A DNA stretch of 64,000 nt from Chrysomallon squamiferum (GCA_012295275.1 CM022669.1:16368001-16432000); one strand, 5' to 3'. Shown: positions 13,401 to 35,500, numbered from the stretch's first letter. Numbers and translations are program-made. The notes: generated from the letters alone by a model not told the origin.

Positions 13401-14651
13401 CAAAATCTAGATGAATAAGAAATAATGAACTTTTCACTGTCTTTGATAGTTCAATCTTGATGTTTAATTTTATAAATGAACGAAAATTTAAAAAAATTTG
13501 AATTTCTCTATAAATCAAGTCACAGATTATGTCAACTGCCAAATACACGAGAACAAATATAATTTTTTGTATGTATGTCAGTTCTGATAATGATTTAAAA
13601 TCAATCTAAGAAAACAATTTAATACTTTCATTAAGTGCTTTTCTCACTATTTTGTTTTTCTTTATTTTTTATTTTTATTTTTATTTTTATTTTTTTTTTT
13701 TTTGTTGTTGTTGCACATAATTATTATTAAATCTTCTTGACAAAATTTGGAATAAATTGATTTGGTAATTTGTTGCATGCAGTTAAGTTCAAGATAATGA
13801 TGATAAAGAAGATTAACTGTAAAATGAAAAATGATTGGGATGAGCTTATTCAAGGTTATCAAAACAGTTTAATAGAAGAAATATTTTTACTTTTTCTCTA
13901 AATTTTAATTTTTTTTATTAATAATAATAATAATAATAATATATAATCAGTTTAAATCTCCCATTTAATTGTCTGTTTTGTTTCTTTGTTATGACCATAT
14001 AGTTGTATCATTTGCTATATAAATTCTTTTAAATACCTTTTTTTTCAACTTATTTCAAATTTTATTTCCATAGAAGTTTTTTTCTTTCAATTTTCAAATC
14101 TAGTTGAAAAATAAAATGTTTTCTTTCTAATCTAATCATCCATATTTCATTTTAATTTTTACCTGAAAATAGTATGTTAGTCACCTGATTTATTTTATTC
14201 TATTTTATTTGTTTGTCTTTTTTCCACTTAGATAAATTAATATTTTAGTTTTTGTTTTAATTTCAACTTACATTTCAGCTTTGACAGTTTAGCTAAGTAG
14301 GTAAACAACCTTTGTACTGTATATGTATGTTATATATCAAATGTTGTTTATAATATATACATATTAAGCTTCTGCTTGTATAGAAATCTACCAGCTTCTT
14401 TTTATTACTAACTGCATACTGTTATTTGTGTGTTTTCTTCCCCCATAGTTCTATATTCATATAAAATGCATTTAACAAATCAGTTATTGATTATGCTAAA
14501 ATACATCAAATAGGTTAATGTTGTATTTTGTTTTATATATTTTATTTTATTTTGTATTTTGTATTTTTTGTATTTTTTTTTTTTTATTATTTCATTTTTA
14601 AATGTATTTATTTATTTATTTATTTATTTATTTTATTTTATATATATATAT

Positions 14652-14685
<34 letters not shown>

Positions 14686-14727
14686 GGTGACACAAATATT
14701 TTTTTTTAAACTTGCATGTAGGTGTAG

Positions 14728-14763
<36 letters not shown>

Positions 14764-15054
14764 CTGTGTGTTTCTGTGTGGGTGTAAGAGAGAGAGAATA
14801 AAAATAACCTTACAAGTTATGACAAACCAAGTTCACTTACTTTTATTTCTTAATGACAGTTTCAAATTAAAACAGATTTCAGTTTATACTTAGAATTTAA
14901 TTAATTTCCTTTTCTTTATTTTACTTTTATCTTTACTTCTTTTTGATGTATTTACATGTATTTTTTTTTTTTTTTTTATTTAATTTTATATCCTACTACT
15001 TTTTTTTTTTAATTTAATTTATTATAATCTAATAAAGTTATACTTTTCTATACT

Positions 15055-15129
<75 letters not shown>

Positions 15130-15641
15130 TTGTGTGTGTGTGTGTGTTACATACCATGTTAATAAAACATGTGAGATTTCGTAACTGTGGATGTATATCT
15201 GTATTATAAGTGCAGTATTAATTGTATTTTTTTTTTCATTGTATTCTGCATTTTTATTATTGGCAGCATGTCTTTCTTATCTTTTTTTGGTTTTTTTACT
15301 TTTATTTTTTATTTGTCTTTCTTTCTTTTGGCTTTGCTTTAGGTGTTTGAGTCTGTTTCAGCAATTTCAGATACTGTTTGTGTAAGAAGTTAATCTCTTC
15401 ATAATCTTTTAACATATTCACCATTAATCCTCTCCCCCACTTTATTATTAGCACATGAATATTAACCACTAATATTTTGCAACGTGTTTGAATAAAGCAT
15501 AGTGATTTAGGTGGAAATGTTAAGAGTAAAGATAACAGAAAGGAAAAAAAGGAGAAAAACAGAGTGGAGTAGTTTATTAATTTGGAAAATCGGTGTGTGA
15601 CAGGTTTTTTAATTCATTATCAATTTTAAATTATTATAAAA

Positions 15642-15692
<51 letters not shown>

Positions 15693-15879
15693 AAAACATT
15701 CCAAATATCATCATATGTAACATTTTAAAACATTAATAAACTATCTGCAGAACACGCAATTTTATTCTAATGTTGTACTAATAGACTGTGTGAGTTTGTT
15801 TTTATGTCTGTTTATTTGTTTTAAAAACAAACCAGAAAATACATCTGCATTTAATGTGTTTATCTATGTTATTTGTGTT

Positions 15880-15923
<44 letters not shown>

Positions 15924-16359
15924 ATACACACAATAATGAGAAATGTAAAGAATAGTTTAAAATCTATAAATTCTTTTCGATTTTGTCTTTTGCACTTTTT
16001 AGGAAATGTTATACGAATATTCTATATATAATAACAGCTATGAAAAGATTATAATAACAAAAAAAACAAAAAATTAATAAATATTACAATTATAATAAGT
16101 TTTAAACATTTCATATAAATGAATATAAAAAAATAAAACATTAACAATCTGTTACCTTATAAAATACTGTAATCATGTTACTATTAATTAAAAACAAGTA
16201 GAAGATATTTTATTTAAATAAGCTTTTAAAATTTAGTTCAGTACTTATTTTAGTATTAACTGCTAGTATATTTATAGAAATAATGATGAAAGAAAGCATT
16301 TAAATTGTTCTATAAAATACTAAATAACAAAAAATAAAAACACTAATAACAGTGATAGC

Positions 16360-16411
<52 letters not shown>

Positions 16412-16450
16412 TAACAATAACAATAACAATAACAACAACAATATTCATAG

Positions 16451-17637
16451 CAATTCACTCTCATTAACATATATGGTTCAAATTAAAAAGATGAACCAGC
16501 ATTTTTTAAACAACTGAATTCAGTTATAGAGTAAATGGAAAATCCATCATATATAATTAGTGGAAATAAAAATATAATCTTAGACAAAGAGGTAGATATG
16601 TCAAATTATAATAAAATAAACAATTAAAAAGTTTTAAATCTAATAGAAGAATATAATTTAATGGATATTTGGTAATATCAACATCCAAACAGTAAAAGAT
16701 ATATGCAATGGCAAAAAAATCCCATTTAAAGAATGTCATCTGAATTTTATATTAGTGAAGATTTTTTAATGTGTATCTGTAATACACCCATAGAAACAGA
16801 AAACAGAACTGATTACTCATGTCCTACACTTGAAATAAAAATTTTAGATATTGCAAGAGGGGGCAGATTTGGGGAATTTAATAATTCCCTTTTATACAAT
16901 AAAAATTATGTTTTTAATGGTAAAAGAAAGTATTAGAGACACTGAATATGCAATATCAGTTTCTTCTAACTTTGATACCCTATCTAAAAGTGATCTTTTT
17001 TATGTAAAATTAAATATTAAAGATCAATTATTTTTTATAAATTTTAATGATGGGATTAAGATGCAAAGCAAATTTACTAGAAGGAGAATTAACTTATAAA
17101 GAAGTTACTAACATTTTAACAAAAATGAATAATTTAAAGTCACTGAGAACAGATGGATACACTGCCAAATTTATCAATTTATTTTCTTCTGTTCAAACTA
17201 ACTACAGACTTTGGGCTCAGATATTTTCAGTACAAGATCTGGTTATCTATCTTAACAACAAAAAAGTATTTGGTATTATATGGTATAAAATAATTTTGCT
17301 ATATATTTAGTGAAGATTTAATGCACATTTTTTGTTATGTAAACATGTTCAGATATTCTGGATTACTGTTATAAACTGGATATTTTTTAGAACAAAAGTG
17401 ACACCTCAAATAAATGCACAAACAAATTATTCTGAAACAGATAATATAATCTATTTAATAGTGTTAATTGCCAAGCAGTACATATATGAAATGAAATGTA
17501 AACACCAGCATCTCACTTTAACTGGATTCCAAAATATTCTGAATGTGTATTATTATACAGATAAATATATAACTAACAGAACAATTAAATTTCAAGAAAA
17601 AATTAATATTTCGACAAAAGTATTTTATAAAATGTAA
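16451..17637 (+). mobile_element. Degenerate, internally deleted L1/Tx1-clade non-LTR retrotransposon ORF2 relic
   Basis: Interrupted frames give an APE endonuclease part (FTLINIYGSN*KDEPAFF...YIISGNKNIILD...NYNKINN), a linker (LNIKDQLFF), a pre-RT motif (LLEGELTYKEVTNILTKMNNLKSLRTDGYTAKF, compare KSPG-DG--EF) and a C-terminal part (CKHVQIFWITVINWI...LIVLIAKQYIY). There are many stops and frameshifts, and no YADD core. Confidence 0.8.
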
Positions 17638-19599
17638 ATATGTCATATTTAGGGTAGAAAATGCAAGAATTTGCAAAGATTTAGTTTTTATTATTATTTT
17701 TTATTTTTTTATTTTTATTTTTATCCATTATGTACTCTTTATTTTTCTTACCATAATATACAATTTGTGATTATATGACAAATATTTACTACTAGGAATG
17801 TTCAGAACATATTTACAGGTTGTTTTTCTTTTTTTAACTGAGAATTTGGAGACTTTTGTATTTTAACACAAATCATTTACTTTTATATTTTGTTGTATTA
17901 ACATGTATGTACTAACTGTACAACATTTTATAATGTATATTCTGTAGTGAAATTTTTTTTTTTAAATTTATATCAAAAGAAATAATAATAATAAAAATAA
18001 TCACAGCAAAATTTTAATAATAATATGAATATTTATACATTTACTGAATTTGAAAACAGATTCCAGAATGCATTTTAATTAATTTCAGAATCATACATTT
18101 TAAGTTATATATATATATTTTTTTTATATTATAATGATTTGGTCTAAATGAATTAATTATTAATATCCAACTGATATGTTACAATGGTTTATTTTAAATA
18201 CATGTATATTCATATACATGTATTATAATTAAAAAAACATGTTTTAAATGAAATATATGTATATATAATTATTATAATGAATTTTTGTTTATTATTTTTT
18301 TTTTTTTCAGTCAGAATCAACTTACAGAACATCTCCACCCATCTTTTGATTTCTTCTTAAGACTTTTAAACAACCGTTTCACGTTTCCACATTGGTTTAC
18401 GACGACGACAACAACAACAACAACAACAATAAAAATAACATTGTTATATGTTAATACAGATGATAAAACATGTGATACAGGCACCTCTTTCACCCAAATA
18501 ATATTTTCTTAATTATTTTTTTTTTTGTTTTGTTTTTTTCTTTACAATAAAATGTCCTTCATCTCGTAAATTTATGATGCACTCGACTTTCTGAATTTCC
18601 TTGATTTACCACTGAATGGTATAGCCTTTATTTTCAAAGTGATATTCTGTTGTAAATAGATTATAAGTCGTTTTTGATAATTAATTATGTATGTACATGT
18701 TTTAAAATGTTATTTATTTATTTTTTAAATTATTGTTGTATTTTTTTAACATTTTAGTATTATTTATCATAACTGAAACATACTGCTGTTTAAATCGGTC
18801 AATAAACAGTACTAACTGAACTGGTGTGATGTTATTGTTGAAGTTTCATCATCATCATTATTAATATTATTGTCCACATCATTATCACCATCATCATTCA
18901 TATTATTATCAACATCAACATCTTCATCATCATCATCGCGATCACCAGAACAAAATTCCAGCATACGAGGAAGAAAGTTATTAGACAAATTATTTACAAT
19001 TTGGGCATAAACACTCAAAATTAGGTCCGCTATCTCTGGCCCATCTAAATCGTTTTCAACACTAGCAGTGGAACACATGTAGAAACCTTATCACAACGTG
19101 TTGCTGCATGTATCACGGGTATTGATCATACTGCTACTGGCGCCAATAAAGAAAAAGCACCTTACTCACGTGTTCGATATATCATTAACATGAAAAATGA
19201 GCGCCAACATTGCGTCGCATTGATTTTTGCTCATCAAAATGGCGGCCAGTGATCATGGACTATAACTGCCGTGTTTTATTAACGTTATTATGTGAGTAAT
19301 GTGCTGCGTGTTAACGTTTGGTTCGTTTCACATAAAAAAATTAAGAACTGTTTCCACAAATCTGATGAAACTCTGTTCGCAGAACGCTAATTTTCGCTGT
19401 GTGTTTGTCTGAAGGAACGCTGAATCGGGTATCGGAATTGATTGCCTGCACATGAATAATACACGGTATTGTATAAACATTATTTTATTTTTTATAATAC
19501 TATATAAGATATTTGGTTTTATTTTCATCATTGCAAAGAATATATGAATGCATTTTCCCTTTGTTATATTCATCAGAATTTGTAAAATGGCCTTGACCT

Positions 19600-19690
19600 A
19601 GTCATTAATGATGAAACGAATCTTGGACACGGCAGTCACTCGAAGAATTAGAAAAGCCGGCACTGCGTGTGGTAAATTACACGTCTGCAG
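19600..19690 (+). mobile_element. Short RTE-like LINE fragment
   Basis: The frame from 19623 reads LDTAVTRRIRKAGTACGKL, resembling the RTE post-RT motif LD-E(I/V)--RI-KA--AFG-L. Confidence 0.4.
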
Positions 19691-20711
19691 CGTCAGAATT
19701 GTCGTCCCAATTGCCTTTCATTTTTCATTACAGTAAAAATTTAAATTAAAAACTCCGTGCGCGGATTTTTAATTTCAGAAATAGGGAAGATGATGTTTTG
19801 GTTGATATGATGTTCAAAATGAAATGAAAAAAAAAAAAAAAAAAGATATATATAAAAATAGAAGACATGTCTGCTGAAAATACGTTCAAATAAAACTAAT
19901 ATGCTGTTTCAATGCTGAAATTTAAAAGCGAAGAAGAATTGCTTGATATTTGATAATATTAGTGTCTCTATTTAATTCCTCTAATTTTTATACTTTATTT
20001 TTTTTTTCTTCTATTCTCTAATTAAAAAAAAAAAAAAAAAAAAAAAGAAACAAAATGTTGTATGAATCAATAAAACGAGACTTGCAGCTTTGTTTAAAAT
20101 GAAAACTATACTAAAATCGAATTTCCACATACGACAGTAATTTCAACATAAACAGAACGCATTACCTTTTCAACAATAGATGTTTTTGGTTAGCTTTATT
20201 TATATGCGGAAACATGGAAGCGACCAGTGGTAAAATAGATTCTATTTTGTATATGCGATATAGGCCTAGTTACTTCGTGTATATGAGATAGAGGTTTCGT
20301 TTTATATTAGCTGTGTTTATGTATATATGTTTATATATATACATTAATTTTTTATTTTTTATTTTTATTTTTTTTAATCCCCCAGCACACGTCAATATTA
20401 GAAAATTTCGATTTATCTTCTGGTAATAAAAGTCTTGCTATAGGGGTCACGCACTCATGTATCCAAGGTCAGTTGCACTTCCCTAACAATGTCTTGCCAT
20501 TCTGTTTTGTTCTATCGATTTTCTGTCCTTGCTGTTACACCAAATCACCTAAACTGGTTCAAACAACTGCATCGTCTTTCTGATTCACGATGATAGGCAT
20601 CAGTGATTTGCTAATGACTAGAATTTGCTAATCATCGATTGGTCCATAACAAGTCAGGTGTTTTTCGTCTGACGATTGCATAAAGCGCGACCCAATTATT
20701 ATTATTATTAT

Positions 20712-20744
<33 letters not shown>

Positions 20745-21671
20745 GACCATTGTGTTTTGATTTTAATCATGAACATTATTTCAGTTTGCACCACAATAAC
20801 AGCAACCACCTTTATTCAAATTTGGATCCGCCTCTGCTTGTTTGGGATTTTTTTTTTTTTTTTTCCGTATATGTGATTGCGTATAAAACTGATTTTCTGA
20901 AGCTGTAATAGGCTCTAAGGCACTGTAAACCGATAGTAAAATAAATGATATATGTGACGTCTGATAGACAAGTTTCTTTAGGCTATATTACCTGACTTAA
21001 TCGAGTCGATATATCCTTGTTGTTTGTTTGTTTGTTGTTGTGTTTTTAAAAAAAAAAAAATTTGGACTCTCTGTTGGTAAGTTAAACCTTAACCATCGTT
21101 CGATCATTTCTTTTCGTTTTTTTTTTTTTTTTTTTTCTATGACAGTGTGAACGCGAGTATGCATAACAAGTAAACACAAAAGAAAATTTTATAGAGAAAC
21201 CAAATTTTCGTTTTATTTTTATAATTACCTTGCAGGCACAACATGTACGTGTTAATAAAGAAGTTAATTAAAACCGCCACTCATAGTAATTAAATATATA
21301 TTAAAATATCAGTGTAGTAATGATAATACAAATTATGACGATGATTATAATGGTACATACATACATACATATATATATTTATATATTTATATATATATAT
21401 ACACATACATACACGCAGGCACGTACGCGCGCACACACACACATAAACATACTGCATGCACCACAACAACAAACACCAATAATAAATAAATAAATAAAAT
21501 AAAACGCTGATAAATTTGAACTGAAAAAAAAAAAAAAAAAAAAATGAAGTAATAATAAAAATAAATATATAAAAATACGCCCGGAAAACATTATCACTGA
21601 GCTACGTAACGAGCAGAACCGTTTCGAAATGTCAAGTAAGACGTTTATATCGAGAATACACGTAATTTGCC

Positions 21672-21696
21672 GCAAACAAAACGTTACTGTGTAAAC
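21672..21696 (+). promoter_or_regulatory. Forkhead-like plus X-box-like sites upstream of the 186-aa gene
   Basis: GCAAACAAA (21672-21680) and GTTACTGTGTAAAC (21683-21696) lie within 80 bp of the ATG at 21749. Confidence 0.3.
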
Positions 21697-21748
21697 TGCC
21701 GCCGCAGACGGAATATGCATAAACCCACACAAATCACTTGTTGAAATC

Positions 21749-28872
<7,124 letters not shown>

Positions 28873-31134
28873 CGTAATTGCTTTGTTTTAAATCCTAGCT
28901 GTTTATGCTTTCCTGGTGCTTTCTTATTTTGTGAAACAAGAAATGGCCTTAGCCGATAACAGAAAGGAAAGAGTTTCGTTCTGTTTATAACAGGAACAAA
29001 ACAAAAATTAATAAAATAAAAATAAAAAGTAAAGAAAGAAATTGTTCATTCGAATAAACAGCACTGACAAGATGTTGAGGAAAAATAAGAATGGGACCAT
29101 TCATTTTTAACGTAAACAGGATATTTAAGGTAGTAAAAACATGCTTCTAAAGATCATTTATATAACGCAGTAGTTTTAACACAATAAGGATACGAAGAAG
29201 AAGAGGAAAAGGGTCAGAAAGTGTGAAGGAATGCTTTCTAAAAGTGTCAAACAAGGGACGATTCACAGAATACTTTTGGCGATATTGTGCATTTGCTTGA
29301 CGCTACAGATTTTGGACCTGCAGTGTAGTGGTTTCGAGTTGTCTTGTGATTTCTTCAACGACCTAAAAAATGATTTATTACCAGCTAAACCTCGGTCAAG
29401 AACTTTACCGAGACGTAATATTTATGTGTATTTGAGAACAATGATATTTTTTTATTTATTATTTAATTTAATTTATTATTTTATTTTATTTTTATTTTTA
29501 TTTTATTTTATTTTATTTTATTTTATTTTTTATTTTTATTTTTATTTTATTTTTATTTTTATTTTATTTTATTTTATTTTATTTTATTTTGTTTTGTTTT
29601 ATTTTTTTTTTATTTATTTATTTTTTTTTTTTTTTTTATTATATTTTTTTATTCTTATATATTATTTATTTTTATTCTTATTTATTTTTAATTGTTATGT
29701 TCTTATTCAGAGGATATTACACATTCAGCTTTATATAACAATATGCAAAACGGAAAATGATAATTGTTTTTATTTTTATTATTTGCTCTACATTGCACAT
29801 AATTGTAGGGACCACAGAAAGAATAAATAAACAAGTTTTTTTAGCTTTAGTAACAGACAACAGACATTTTTTAAAATATGACGTATTAAGAAGCTTTTTT
29901 CAGTCATTGTATTTTTATGCTAAAGTCATGTAGTGATAGAGTCACCAATTTGTAAGATTTTTCGTTCTAGAATAAGATGAGAAAATTATCTCCTCTGCAT
30001 TTCTACACATACATTTATATAGTAATGTCATGCTTTATTATCAGCAAAGCTTAGACTTCTGTAATAACTGAAACAGTTCTTTAAGAATAAGTTTGTTTAG
30101 ATTATTTATTCATACAATTTCGGGTCAGCATTTAGATTCTATTTAAGATCATTATTTAAAATTTCTTAAATCAATACGCATTTGTCACCTGCATAAAACT
30201 TGCATCTTGTGAACTAAAAAAATCATTAATGTATACGTGTATGTTTATACGTGGGTTTCATTAAAACCAGTAATTAAATGATTATATTGCTTTATTTTGT
30301 TATTTTTTAATGTTCTTTGTATGTACAGCAGAGTACAATATAATATTGTACAAAAGACCTAAGAAAATTATCTGACGTTTACGTAATTGATTAAATATTG
30401 TCTATGGATGTGGTCCATAATGTACTCAAAGTTTTGAAAATGCATCTACTTGTTTATCGATTTCTGTTCGAAACAAGCAGTACAAATTTTTATTAACTGC
30501 TGAATTGCTAACAACAGCATGTTATTTTATGCAACAGCTGTAAAAACAGACACTGATCACAACAAGGAAAAAGAAGGTGAAAAAAAATACCCCAGAGATA
30601 TAATGTTTTATGATTAATGATTTCTCTCTCTTTCTCTCTCTCTTCATACGAAAACAGTGGATGTGCGTTGATAGCGATACATAATCTTCAGAAATTAGAC
30701 TATTAATATCGATTGCAGAATGCAAAAAGAGAATATTGAGTAAATTAGGTTTTAAGGTAAATTACTGGGTCATAGGATGCTGCTTAATAACATGAAGCCA
30801 AAAAGATGTTCATATAATTGATTCATGTCTGGTAGATTAATTGCAACAGGATTTGTCTTCGTGGGAATGATGCCTGTCAAAGCTTATGCGCTGACAGAAT
30901 ATTATAAATTATTCAAGAAATGGCTACAGTGGCTTTATTTCCTTAACATAACTAAAACATTTAGACTTTCTGTAAAAATCGAAAAAATCGAATATTAAAA
31001 AAACAAAAGCATGCTGCTAAGAATTGCTTGATAGCAGTGGCTTCTTCCATTCAATTTTTAATAAATACATTTTATGACTTTATTTCGAATTGTTTGTCAA
31101 GATGTATCATAGGACAGAATTACAGACGTGCACA

Positions 31135-31173
<39 letters not shown>

Positions 31174-31539
31174 TATACACACATACATATGCAGAAACAC
31201 AAAGTTACATATATAAATATATATTGGATAGATGCATATATATATGTGTGTGTGTGTGTGTGTTTTGTTTTGCAAATGCTTTTTCATAAGCAAATAAACT
31301 TATTGCACATTCTATTACACAAGTACTAATTGATCCAGCTGTCTGTGATGCGGAAACACACTAAACTTAGTATAGACTTTTATCACCCTTCTGCTAAAAT
31401 GATTACTCACTGCTCTGCTGCCTCGTCTAACTCACGTAGAATTTTCTGCCCAGTCAAACGTGTCTCTTTGAAGTCAGAACTGACTGAGGGAAAGTCTAGG
31501 TAGTTTGGTTTGGTGGATGCCGGTAACGTTACAACGTCT

Positions 31540-31654
31540 CTATGAGTACACTTGCAGGAGATTTGTAATGTGATCTGTTTGACAGAAACGTTACAAGCTA
31601 TAGTTAGAAAAGCTGTAGCTACATACCTCAGCAGTCAACACCCCACAAGCACAG
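31540..31654 (+). other. Probable non-coding first exon of amine oxidase A (5' boundary uncertain)
   Basis: Strong donor CAG|GTAAGT at 31654/31655. The matching acceptor ttcacag|G-ATG at 32529/32530 lies immediately before the start codon. Confidence 0.5.
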
Positions 31655-31809
31655 GTAAGTCGAAATTATTTCTTAACAATATATGCGTGGAGAAGCATTA
31701 ATGGCAATGTTGCTTAAAACATGAAGTATTTTTTAATCCATCTTTCCCACACATTATGTTATATGTTATGTAAGTGTATCTCTGCTTACGAGAAGAATTT
31801 ATATATATC

Positions 31810-31840
<31 letters not shown>

Positions 31841-32155
31841 CTACATAGTAACAAATCATTATTATATCTGTGTGCTTAAAAAAAGAGGTCACTCAAATAT
31901 TTCTGGAAAAGCTAAATCTGTTTCATAAGCAGTTATTTATTAATTTTCAGCAATTATTTCATTCTTATTCTTTTATTATTGCTTTGTTATTAAACTTAAT
32001 CCATGCTAATAACGCTTAAACGCTAGTGTTAAAATGATGATGAAAAAAACAAGAATAATTAAGACAACGTTAACAAGGTCGAGTTATCACTGATGTCTAA
32101 TAGAGAACGAAGGAAAGCATGGAAGTATAATTAGAGTGTGTCAGTTAACTAAATC

Positions 32156-32287
<132 letters not shown>

Positions 32288-32488
32288 AATAGCATAAAAT
32301 GTATGTCATTTCGGCTACACCTTTTTTATGAAGGTTTATGTTTAAAACAGAAATGCTATTAATAATATAGAGAACAGTGTATCTATACCTATAATGTGCT
32401 TATATGTATTTGATACTTACTTTTTCTTGTTGTCACCATCATCATCATCATTATTACCAATATCATTATCATTATCATTATCGTTATC

Positions 32489-32526
<38 letters not shown>

Positions 32527-32530
32527 CAGG

Positions 32531-35500
32531 ATGTCCGATTCCAATGAATGCCGAAAATGGCGAATGGCTGCAATATTCTTTTTGTGTGTCTGCTTACTTC
32601 TTCTGGTCATAATAACTGTCATGCTCGTCAGTTATCGTGGAGACGACATCGATTATGTAAGGTGCAGCGCAAAACATTTGAACATAGACGTAGGGGAATC
32701 CTCAGTTCCTGATGTATTTCACGATCTAACTAAAACGGAGCTACAAAGCTTAAAATCATTTCTGTATAGTCTTCCAGAACTCAATTTAGCAAAACCTTCA
32801 GAGGTTGGTGTAAACACCACATACATTTTCGCTGTTGATCTTCATCTGCCGCCCAAAAGCAGGGTCCTCGACTATTTGGACAAAAATGACAGAAAGCCGT
32901 TTAGACAGGCGAAAGTAGTTCTCATAAGAGGCGATGCTAATCCCCCAGTGATCGAAGAATACGTCGTGTACCCCTTGCCAAAACCTAGAGCGTGTGAACT
33001 GATAGTCTCATCGGCGCATCGGAACCCAGTCAACATTGCGTTCAAGCCAATAGATTATGTTGAAATCGTTGCAGTTTATAAATACGTGTTCGCAAAGCTC
33101 GATGAGGAAATAGGACATATTTTAAACGAGAGTTTTGGGGCAACGTTTATTAATTGTGGAGACAAGTGTTTGACGTTTTATCCAGTGATCGTGTCTTCTG
33201 GTATTCAGAATGCTGCAGTTCGCAAGATCTGGTTTACTACTCTATTTGATGTCGAATATCCGACTCTCCACCCTGTGGATCTTTCGATTTTGGTGAATCT
33301 GAACGGAACAGACCCTGAAAAATTCTTCATAGAAAAAATTGCATACGCGGGTCAAGAATTCAACAGTACAGACCATTTTAAAACTGAATACGAGTCTGGC
33401 AATTCGAAGAGACTGAAAGTGTCATTCCCCAGGAAATCTGCTGACCTATTCTCTTCCGTGCACAGACGAGGAAATCCTGTTCCTTTACATCCACAGCAAC
33501 CTCCAAGACTGGTGGAACCCGATGGTACGCGATACACCATCAAAAACAGACACATTGAATACATGCAGTGGAAATTTGACATTCGGATGTCAACTCTGTT
33601 AGGTCCACAGATATACGACGTCCGTTTTGGCGATGACAGAATAGCTTACGAAATAAGTCTTCAGGACATCGCAGTGTTTTACTCAGGACACGACGAGATC
33701 CAGCGAATTGCAAATTACTTAGACGGCATCTCTGCTCTGGGCAGTCGGGCCAGGCCCCTCGTTCCTGGCGCTGATTGCCCAGAAACTGCCACCTTCGTTG
33801 GTAACAGCTTTATATCTAGCACCACTGACGGCGTCGGTCATTTGGACAGAGCGTGGTGCGTGTTTGAACAGAATTCTGGGACACCTTTGAGACGTCACAT
33901 GTCGTACGCCGAGGAAGAGGGGTCATTTTATGGCGGCATGCTGGACAGTGCGTTGGTCCTGAGATCAATAATAAGCTTTGCAAACTACGATTATGTCATT
34001 GATTACACTTTCCATCAAAACGGAGCATTGGGCGTGCAAGCGTTGTCCACAGGATTCGTTACCAGTTTCAGAAAACAGACAGAATATTCGAAGTATGGGT
34101 TTGAAATTCACGAAGACATAATTGCCAATTTGCACCATCATATGTTTAACTTTAAAGTCGATTTAGATATTCTGGGAACGAAAAACAGATACGAAACTCT
34201 CGATCTGTCTTCAGAGAGCGTTCCAAATCTTTACTCCGACGATCCAAATTCAAAATACTGGCAGGTGAAAATGGAAACCAATTTGAAACGGAACGAATTG
34301 GATGCTGTTTATAAATTTAATTTTGATAAGCCAAAGTTTCACATGTTCCATAACAACCGAAAACGAACGGAAAACGGAATAAAACGAGCATACAGGTTGG
34401 TAAAACCTTCGGAATTCATTTATATGGGGGTATTACAATAAAATAAAACAGTGAGTTGAACAAAACATTTTAATTAGTCAGTATTTGTATACACGCTTCT
34501 ATTCTTTAGTATTCATACAATTCGTTAACAGCATAATTAATTATGTACAAAATAAGCTTATTTTAATTAAAATATGTCTTGAATGTGTGTTTTGTTTTTT
34601 AAAAAACATTCTTAATAAACCATAACTTGTATGACCGTGTTTGTACATAATTTAATTTCTGTGTTCCAGCATTATTTTCGAATATATTTCTTTTAAATGA
34701 ATCTTACTAATACAATTTTTAAACAATACATAATTATGAAAGAAAAATATTCTGTTTAAAATAATTGTAACTTGAAACTTCTTTCTACTGTTTTTCTGAA
34801 CACGTTATCAGTATGATTCATTAACCGTAGTTTCTATACGTTACCATTGTTACTGAACATTTTAAAAAAAAAAAATGAACTCTGTAGATTATTCAGTATT
34901 TGTCTCCGATAATTTCGGACACGACATAGTCAGCTTTTCAGTACTAAATGCTGCTGTATCTGTATTGCAGAGTGATATTTGATGGAATGTCCAAACAGCT
35001 CTTGCCAGAAGACGAGGGCAACGAGATCGCTGTTTCGTGGTCGCGCTATCAGATGGCAGTCACCAAACACAACGACGACGAAAGAGAAAGCAGCTCTCCG
35101 TACGCAACCTTTGATTCCTTAACGCCAACAGTCAACTTCACCAGCTTTCTAGCAAACAACGACAACATTGTGGATGAGGTAGGCTGTTTTATCGCGTTTC
35201 GATACCTAGGGTGTGTTTTAGGTTAACTATCGACAGGCGATTCATTTATTTCAGCTGTGTTATTATGGCGAATACTTAGCAGCAGTTTTCTGTTAATGTT
35301 TGACGGCGGATTCGTAAAAAAAAAGAATGTGCATCTTTTCATTCCAATCTCTCAAATATTCCAATTGTTTACAGTAAAGATCTCAATATATATTGAATAT
35401 GTAAGTTTAAAATTTCCTTCCATTTAATGTTGTAATTTCTCTTGCATATTATATACAGTATTATTATGTTCGAATCCCTTAATCGAAATATTGTATCATT

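Noticed and set aside
29231-29830. 199-aa ORF with a signal-peptide-like start
   Set aside because: Most of it is a (TTTTA)n tract. It lies in the probable 3' UTR of the 186-aa gene and has no recognisable domain.
33352-33582. Antisense and alternative-frame ORFs within the amine oxidase exons (also 35895-36164 and 51071-52866)
   Set aside because: Shadow ORFs of GC-richer coding sequence.
35468-35477. B-box-like GTTCGAATCC
   Set aside because: No A-box at suitable spacing and no cloverleaf, so not a tRNA.
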